Of a stretch of 64,000 bases of DNA, positions 58,101-64,000 are shown piece after piece; position 1 is the first letter of the stretch; each line of letters begins with the position of its first letter. The stretch covers positions 2,848,001-2,912,000 of the forward strand of contig CAVWLP010000002.1 in NCBI GenBank assembly GCA_963755915.1, read 5' to 3'. The DNA comes from an uncultured Phycisphaerales bacterium (lineage in GTDB: Bacteria; Planctomycetota; Phycisphaerae; Tepidisphaerales; Tepidisphaeraceae). Both the position numbers and the translations under genes were made by a program. The notes beneath the pieces were generated by a model that saw nothing but the letters and a program-made list of their open reading frames with translations, was not told the DNA's origin and ran no database searches.

Positions 58101-58950
58101 CAGCAGCGGGGCCATCCTGAAGCTTACCAATTCGACGTCCTTCTCCAGCGCCAGCACTATCGCGGGGGCAGGCAGCGTGACCTTCGCAGGCGGCGCCTCC
58201 ACCGTCAGCGGAACCTACAACCCCTCGGGAGCCACCAACGTCAGCAACGGTTCCATCACCTTTAACTCATCCCATGTCTCGATCTCGACCCTGGCAATCT
58301 CGGGTGGGGAAGCGATCCTGGCTCAGAACACCGGACCGCAAACTTTGCAATCGCTTACCATCACCGGTGGATCGCTCGACATCACCAACAATCACATTTT
58401 CATCAACTACGGCAGCGGCTCCGACCCGATTGCCACAATCGCCCAATACCTCGCTTCCGGTTATGCCGGCGGCGGATGGGACGGCCAAGGAATCATCTCC
58501 TCCACGGCGCGAAACACGACCAATGGCCTCGCCTACGGCATCGGCTGGGCCGATGGGAAAGATCATATCGTCTCGGGTCTATCCTCGGGCGAAATCGAGC
58601 TTAAATACACCCTACTTGGCGATGCCAATCTCGACGGCACGGTCAACGGCAGCGATTTCAGCATCCTCGCCGCCAATTTTGGACTTGGGCATACCAACTG
58701 GGATCAGGGAAATTTTCTCTACACTAGTAGCGTAAACGGCTCCGACTTCAGCGCGTTAGCCGCCAACTTCGGCCAGGGCGATAGTGGCGCGGATACTGCC
58801 GTCTCCCAAGCCGACATCCAGGCCCTAGACTCATTCGCCATCGCCAATGGCTTACCCCTCCCCACATTCGCCTCCGTCCCCGAACCCGCCACCGGCGGCT
58901 TGCTTCTCGCGGCTACAACCGGAGCATTATTGCGTCGTCGCAGAAATTAA
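55132..58950 (+). CDS. Repetitive beta-strand-rich surface protein with dockerin-like duplex and PEP-CTERM
   Basis: GAGGAG RBS, signal peptide, ~3.8 repeats of 246 aa, GDANLDG duplex and VPEPAT..LLRRRRN. Confidence 0.88.
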   Translation: MHCTYFQLKSQSPRRRKLLGMAVLAATTGISFSSAFAATTSVTWTGGTGSWSNPADWTPNTVPQDSGPNLYAATISSGQVTLDISPTIQQFNLTNGSLTGTTTTLTTAGLFTWSGGQLGSNGSSETLNANGGISISNGVTFAGGTINDNGSATWISGSIGGYGNETAGGKTTFINALGETFTVECDQTYSGYGVEYTSTNNDVFSNLGTFTKSTTTGTTDFGLVFNSSGTVNVQTGTLSLDGGGTETGSFAVSSGAILKLTNSTSFSSASTIAGAGSVTFAGGASTVSGTYNPSGATNVSNGSITFNSSNVTISNLLNVTGGTATFTTGDANIKPTSITLSGGDLTGSDTITTAGLFTWSGGQLGSNGSSETLNANGGISISNGVTFAGGTINDNGSATWISGSIGGYGNETAGGKTTFINALGETFTVECDQTYSGYGVEYTSTNNDVFSNLGTFTKSTTTGTTDFGLVFNSSGTVNVQTGTLSLDGGGTETGSFAVSSGAILKLTNSTSFSSASTIAGAGSVTFAGGASTVSGTYNPSGATNVSNGSITFNSSNVTISNLLNVTGGTATFTTGDANIKPTSITLSGGDLTGSDTITTAGLFTWSGGQLGSNGSSETLNANGGISISNGVTFAGGTINDNGSATWISGSIGGYGNETAGGKTTFINALGETFTVECDQTYSGYGVEYTSTNNDVFSNLGTFTKSTTTGTTDFGLVFNSSGTVNVQTGTLSLDGGGTETGSFAVSSGAILKLTNSTSFSSASTIAGAGSVTFAGGASTVSGTYNPSGATNVSNGSITFNSSNVTISNLLNVTGGTATFTTGDANIKPTSITLSGGDLTGSDTITTAGLFTWSGGQLGSNGSSETLNANGGISISNGVTFAGGTINDNGSATWISGSIGGYGNETAGGKTTFINALGETFTVECDQTYSGYGVEYTSTNNDVFSNLGTFTKSTTTGTTDFGLVFNSSGTVNVQTGTLSLDGGGTETGSFAVSSGAILKLTNSTSFSSASTIAGAGSVTFAGGASTVSGTYNPSGATNVSNGSITFNSSHVSISTLAISGGEAILAQNTGPQTLQSLTITGGSLDITNNHIFINYGSGSDPIATIAQYLASGYAGGGWDGQGIISSTARNTTNGLAYGIGWADGKDHIVSGLSSGEIELKYTLLGDANLDGTVNGSDFSILAANFGLGHTNWDQGNFLYTSSVNGSDFSALAANFGQGDSGADTAVSQADIQALDSFAIANGLPLPTFASVPEPATGGLLLAATTGALLRRRRN
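55447..58262 (+). repeat. Tandem repeat, 738-bp unit, ~3.8 copies, apparently identical
   Basis: Identical shadow ORFs recur every 738 bp (55704, 56442, 57180, 57918). Confidence 0.95.
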
Positions 58951-59269
58951 TTCGAAACTCGCAGCTAAATTAGGGCGTCCCGCCCAACGGCTTCCAGCCA
59001 TTCTCAATCGCCGATGGGCTTCCACAAGGCGTCGCCTCCGGCTGCGGTTCGGCATTTGGCAATCGGCATTCGGCATTCTCTTCCCACTCGCAGCCCTGTT
59101 GGGCGGGCGTACCAGCCCACCGTTTTGCTTACTCACCCGCCGCTTGTGTCACGGGGCTGCGCCAAAACCAGCCAGGGCGGGGCGCTTCAAAACCGGCCAA
59201 TGTGCTGACGTATTCTATACCGCATCCGTTCTATCCGACGCAACTGTTCCTTGAGTTATTGGTCCCCGT

Positions 59270-60160
59270 TCACGCCGTCTGGCCGGCGGATACCCCCACA
59301 TCAGAAGACAACGGCGGCTCTGTCACGGTGTCTTCCGGGGGGGAGCACCCTTCATCGCCGGCGGTACTCCGCCGTCCTTTTGGATTTGTCTTTTCCGGTG
59401 TCCCGGATTGGCCTGCCGTGAGCGAAGTCGAATGGCCCCCATGCCGAAGGCGGTAGCTCTTGCCGGTGATGTTGATGATCGTGGCGTGCTGCAGGAACCG
59501 ATCCAGAATGGCCGTGGCCGCCGGCACGTCGCCGATCAGCTTGGCCCAGTCCTCCAGTGGACGGTTGCTGGTCATCATCGTCGAGCGGTTCTCGTGCCGG
59601 CGCATGACGATCTCCAGCAGGCATTCGCCGCTGCGCCGCGGAAGCTGCTTCATTCCCATGTCGTCGATGATAAGCAGATCAGGCTTGAGATACCGGGCCA
59701 GCGTCTTGTCCTGGGCTCCCAGATCCTCGTCGCCTAAAAAGTCGCGGGCCAGGTCGAAGATGGATCGGTACAGGACCACCAAGCCGCTCTTGATCGCCTG
59801 GTGTCCGATGGCCTGGGCCAAAAACGATTTGCCCACGCCGGGCGGACCCAGCAAGAGCACGTCACGTTTGTCACGAATGAACTGGCCGGCGGCCAGATCG
59901 TGAATCTGTTTGCGTTTGATGGAGGTGTTGAAGGAGAAGTCGAACTCGTCGAGGTTTTTGGTGTCGCGGAACATCGCCGCCTTGACGCGCCGGCCGATCT
60001 GCCGGCTGGATCGGACGTTCAGTTCATCCTGAAGGATCAGTTCCAAAAACTCACTGTGGTCGAGCCGATTGCCGGCCGCCTCGCTCAGGCGAACTTCAAG
60101 GCTGCTCGCCAGACCTGAAAGCCGAAGTTGCTTGAGCGTCTGCATCAACGAAGGTCTCAT
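59270..60160 (-). CDS. istB: IS21 ATPase IstB
   Basis: FDFSFN, GPPGVGKS, LLIIDD, TSN and AILDRF. Confidence 0.95.
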   Translation of the reverse strand: MRPSLMQTLKQLRLSGLASSLEVRLSEAAGNRLDHSEFLELILQDELNVRSSRQIGRRVKAAMFRDTKNLDEFDFSFNTSIKRKQIHDLAAGQFIRDKRDVLLLGPPGVGKSFLAQAIGHQAIKSGLVVLYRSIFDLARDFLGDEDLGAQDKTLARYLKPDLLIIDDMGMKQLPRRSGECLLEIVMRRHENRSTMMTSNRPLEDWAKLIGDVPAATAILDRFLQHATIINITGKSYRLRHGGHSTSLTAGQSGTPEKTNPKGRRSTAGDEGCSPPEDTVTEPPLSSDVGVSAGQTA

Positions 60161-61862
60161 GGGGTGGACTCCCTTCGGCTCTGCTCAGGGCAGGCCTGTA
60201 AAGGTTGTGCGGCAGGCAAAGCCTCCGCTTGGGTGATTGCGTCGCGTACGAACTGTCCGTAATCGGCCAGTCCGCGGATGATTGGATGTTCCTGAACAAA
60301 CTCGAAGTGTTGTTGAACCGGTGCGCCGTTTTGGTGTTCGATGAGCTGCCGCAGGGAGCGCAGGTGATACGCGCCATGCCCCAGAGCAATCTCGCAGGCT
60401 CGTTCCACGGCCGGTCGCGGCTGCTGATTGGCCAGCGACAGCAGCCCCATCAACACGCGCACGCCTTCGATGCCGCGATGCTGAAGCATTGACTGCGCCC
60501 ACTGCGTGGCGTGCGGCCCGATGCATTCGATCCGCTGGAGAAGCCAGGTCGTTCCACGCTCGATGCCGCTGATCTTCTCCGGCAGGATATGGGCGTCTTG
60601 CGTCGAGAACCTGCCCGGCGGACGCTGCGCGTGCAGAGCGATCGCACGCATCTTCTGATCGAACAGCCGGACCGTGCGCCCGTCCCACCGCGCCCAGACC
60701 CGCTGGCCCAAAAACTCCGGCGGGACCGAATAGTACGCCCCCTTGATCTCCACGTGCCCGTCGCGGTGAACACTGCGCAACGCCTCGGTGAAAAGATCGA
60801 ATCGCACCGGCGGCAGAGCCAACAGTGCCGGCTTCTCTACCTGCTCGAAGACTTCCTTCACCTGCCGCCGCGTCGTGCCGTGGATGCGCGTGTCGGCCAC
60901 GCTCTTCTCCCACGTCAGCAGATGCGCGTTCTGATCCGAGAGCGAGGCGAATTGCCGGCCTTTGAGAGCATTGCTCTTCACATAGCCGATGCCCCGCTCG
61001 ATCTTCCCCTTGTGCCGCGGCGTGTACGGCTTGGTGGGCAGAATGGCGATTCCATAATGTTCGGCGAACGACCGGACCTTGGGACACAACTCCGCCTCGA
61101 ACCAGTCCGCCCGCGTCACCGCCGCGCGAAGATTGTCGATCACCAGCGCTGACGGCATCCCGCCGAAGTGCGTAAAGGCATTTTCCAGACAACGCAGAAA
61201 ATCATCGGTCGTCTGCCGCTCCACCGCCTCGGCGTACCCCTTGCGGCTGTGGCTCAGCACAATGCGGAAGACCCAGGTTGCTTTGCGTTTGCCGTCAGGA
61301 CCGACCAGGGCGCACCCCGGCCGAAGTCCACCTGCGCCTCGGCTCCCGGCTCGCATTCCATCCGGCGAAAGGGCGCCGGCGCGGCAGCCGAGAGCTTCTT
61401 GATGAACCGGCGCACGCTGTAATAGCTGCCGGCATAGCCGTGATCGCTGGAGATGTCTTGATAAATCCGCTGGGCCGTCAGCCCGGCTTCCAACTTCTGA
61501 ACAATGACCTCACGCCAGGGCGATGCCGTACTGACCGACCCGATGGGCGCGCCGGATAACCCGGTGGCGCGCTCTCCGAGCCGCCTGCGGCGAGCACCGT
61601 CGAGCCGCCTGCGGCGAGCACCGTCGAGCCGCCTGCGGCGAGCACCGTCGAGCCGCCTGCGGCGAGCACCGTCGAGCCGAGGGGCGCGCTGGCCGGTTTT
61701 GAATCCGATCCGGGCGCCGCAGGATCGCCGCCCGACAACCGGATGTGGCGTCCAACGGTCTCCCGGTGAACGCCGAGTTGGCGGGCGATGTTCCGATTGG
61801 ACCAGCCGCTGCGCAAGTGCCAAAATTGCTTGTACTTCCGCCATCTTGAGTTGATTGGCCAT
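60157..61862 (-). CDS. istA: IS21 transposase IstA, frameshifts near 61805 and 61315
   Basis: HTH SNRNIARQLGVHRETV, PG.EAQVDF, IDN, KGKIER, HGTT and YSVP. Confidence 0.92.
61577..61679 (-). repeat. 24-bp tandem repeat, 4.3 copies, inside istA (GSTVLAAG)
   Basis: CGAGCCGCCTGCGGCGAGCACCGT repeated exactly. Confidence 0.95.
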
Positions 61863-62300
61863 CCCACCATTGGCTTGCGGCAACCGCCGAAAGCCAAGGT
61901 CGATAACCCAATCTCCTGTGCCTCAAAATGGCCGGTTTTGGCGCGCCCTCAATTGGCCGGTTTTGTGCGCCCCATGACACCGATTTCCCCGAACCGCATT
62001 TCGGCCACAACTCGGCCTTCGCCTTTGCTGCCTTACCAGGAGACGTATACAGTAAGCTCATCCGGATGCGCTTCCGTCAAAGTTAAACTTTCGCCAACCA
62101 AATTCCTCGAAATCGGCCCCGCCCCCACGCTAAAATTGCGACGCCCAGCTTAATTTTCCTTCATCCACGGATTTGCATTGACATTCGCATTTTTAGTGGC
62201 ATTTTTGCTTCCTTCCCGGGGAATAAGCGGGCGGCTTTTTGGGACGGCTTAAATAGCCCGGAGGACGGTGATGTTGCCAGAATCGAAAAGGAGCCGGTTA

Positions 62301-62484
62301 GAGCGATTTGCATCTGACTGCAGCGTCTGCGCCGCCTCCGGCGGCCCTTCGGGTTGCGTTCCAAAGGGTCGTCTGCCGCGTCATCACTCCTCAACGGGTC
62401 CATTTAGAACCCGCTTCGTCGCTCTTCCTTGCATCCGACCCTTTGGAACGCAACGCAGGCGCTGCACTCAGATGCAAAACGCTC
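62301..62484. mobile_element. MITE-like element flanked by TA
   Basis: 31-bp TIRs (28/31 match) starting GAGCG, TA on both sides, inner perfect 19-bp inverted repeat (62353-62371 / 62436-62454), no ORF. Confidence 0.8.
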
Positions 62485-62486
62485 TA

Positions 62487-64000
62487 GTGTCGTTTCTTCG
62501 CCGCAAGCGATCTCGACAAGCACGTCTCATCTTCCTCGCTTGCGCTCCCTCCTTCGTCGCAGCGGCAACGAGCGCGGCCGCCTGGGGACAAATCACAGAA
62601 AGTTCCTCCAACTGGTCCGGCTACTCCACCGTGACCTCCGGGGGAAACGCCTTCACGGACGTCTCGGCAACGTTCGTCGTCCCCACCGTCAAAGCCCCTT
62701 CGTCCGGCACCGCTTATTCTTCGTATTGGGTCGGACTCGACGGCGCGACGGGCGAATCCGATCCCACGGTCGAGCAATGCGGAATCGCCGCCAACATCAG
62801 CGCCGGCCAATCTTCCGGGACCTATTTTGGCTGGATCGAATTCGCCCCCGCCGGCGAGGAGGAGATCGAAGGGCTTACCATCAGCCCCGGCAACACGATC
62901 CACACCGATGTTACCTACGAGCCTGCCGACAGCTCCTCCGGACATTACGGCTATTTGTTCGACGTCGACGACGAAACCACCGGCGTCGCCTTCGACGAGG
63001 TCGAGTACACCGCCACCAGCGATCAGCGCTCAACCGCCGAATGGATCGCCGAGGCCACATCCCTCGAGGTGCGTGGCGTCATCGAGGTGCAGCCCATGGC
63101 CAACTTCGGCAGCGTCACGCTGACCAACTGCGTCGCAGCCCTCAACGGCGGCAGCGACCAATCCGCCGAGTCCCTCGACCCAACCGGCATCGAAATGAAC
63201 CAGGGAAGCGGTGTGGTCGCCATCCCCAGCAACGTCGATTCCGACGGCGAGACATTCACGGATTACTACGCTTCCAGTTTGCCCGATCTCGTCTGGAAGG
63301 ACTCAACCGGAAATAAGCTCTGGGATTTCACCAGCACCAACTGGAACGACGGCGCTGCCGCGACCGCCTACGGAGACGCCTGCCCGGTAACCTTCAACGA
63401 CAGCAACGGGGGCAATTACTCGGTCACGCTCAACACCACGGTGAATCCCGCCTCCGTCACCGTCAGCAACAGTTCAGGAAACTACGTCATCAGCGGCGCC
63501 GGCAGCATTTCCGGCGGTGGATCCCTTAGCAAAAGCGGCAGCGATACCCTCACCCTCGATACTGCCAACAACTATAGCGGCGGCACGACCGTCTCCGCCG
63601 GAAAGTTGCTCGTCGGCGCTGCCGGAGCGCTGCCAGACGGCTCCGTCAACATCACCGGCGGAACGGTGCAGCTTGGGGCAGGCACCGGGCTGGCGACGAT
63701 CAGATCCCTTTCCGTCTCCGGCAGCGGCACCTTCGACCTGAACAACAATCACGTCATCATCAACTTCAGCGGCCAGTCCGATCCGATCGCCTCGATCACC
63801 GCCTATCTCAAATCCGGCTATAACGGCGGCGCCTGGAATGGCCCGGGCATCATCTCCTCCGCGGCACAAAATCCCACCAACGGCTTCCGCTACGGAATCG
63901 GCTGGGCCGACGGCAGCGACGGCGTAGTTGCCAACCTCTCGCCGGGACAGATTGAACTAAAATACACGCTGCTGGGTGATGCCAATCTTGACGGGTTCGT
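62487..64000 (+). CDS. Secreted G1-family glutamic peptidase with autotransporter-type repeat and dockerin-like module (runs off the window; absent from the ORF track)
   Basis: Manual translation: signal peptide, SSNWSGY, YWVGLDG, VEQCG, STAEWIAE, LSKSGSDTLTL..ANNYSGGTTV and KYTLLGDANLDG; motifs at both ends are in one frame. Confidence 0.85.
   Translation, partial: MSFLRRKRSRQARLIFLACAPSFVAAATSAAAWGQITESSSNWSGYSTVTSGGNAFTDVSATFVVPTVKAPSSGTAYSSYWVGLDGATGESDPTVEQCGIAANISAGQSSGTYFGWIEFAPAGEEEIEGLTISPGNTIHTDVTYEPADSSSGHYGYLFDVDDETTGVAFDEVEYTATSDQRSTAEWIAEATSLEVRGVIEVQPMANFGSVTLTNCVAALNGGSDQSAESLDPTGIEMNQGSGVVAIPSNVDSDGETFTDYYASSLPDLVWKDSTGNKLWDFTSTNWNDGAAATAYGDACPVTFNDSNGGNYSVTLNTTVNPASVTVSNSSGNYVISGAGSISGGGSLSKSGSDTLTLDTANNYSGGTTVSAGKLLVGAAGALPDGSVNITGGTVQLGAGTGLATIRSLSVSGSGTFDLNNNHVIINFSGQSDPIASITAYLKSGYNGGAWNGPGIISSAAQNPTNGFRYGIGWADGSDGVVANLSPGQIELKYTLLGDANLDGF

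Larger units (their letters stand above)
59147..61979 (-). mobile_element. IS21-family element (istA-istB)
   Basis: TGTCA...TGACA ends with repeated CAAAACC(G/A)GCCA boxes; no perfect target duplication. Confidence 0.92.

Noticed and set aside
55447-58262. CRISPR array or DGR repeats
   Set aside because: Contiguous coding repeats with no spacers and no cas genes
59040-59125. Short ATTCGGC-like heptamer run and GGGCGGGC..GCCCACC hairpin
   Set aside because: Too short and degenerate, with no clear second copy in the window
61577-61679. Mini CRISPR array
   Set aside because: Head-to-tail 24-mers without spacers, in frame inside istA
62429-63316. Arg-rich 295-aa ORF in the track
   Set aside because: Alternative frame of the G1 peptidase gene

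Overview
High-GC bacterial chromosome segment, most likely Planctomycetota (Phycisphaerae/Tepidisphaerales-like), inferred from the LEPRRLLS motif and several PEP-CTERM/dockerin-like exoproteins. The housekeeping backbone is yidC, mnmE, a sugar ABC transporter, nfo, ligA, a MarR-RND-MFP-TolC efflux operon, envelope genes (O-antigen ligase-like, WecA-like, NeuD-like, GT39-like, lpxB), addAB, GH13, a U32 protein, GH29 and FkbM. Mobile DNA is dense and appears target-selective. (1) An IS110/IS1111-type element sits in a short palindromic repeat, and its 3' non-coding region contains a stem-loop whose two unpaired strands match that target (a candidate bridge/seek RNA). (2) Two near-identical IS4 copies are inserted in opposite orientations at the same base of a conserved ~35-bp motif; one carries a nested second IS4 and the other has an internal deletion. 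(3) A 3'-truncated group II intron sits in a related palindromic repeat. (4) A TA-flanked MITE lies between the ribosome-binding site and start codon of a G1 glutamic-protease gene. (5) An IS21 element is also present. Four secreted proteins share one C-terminal dockerin-like module but carry different N-terminal cargo (metalloprotease-like, S53, G1, a perfect 738-bp repeat). Many genes have single-base frameshifts, probably assembly errors. All calls come from reading the sequence by eye; no database searches were run.
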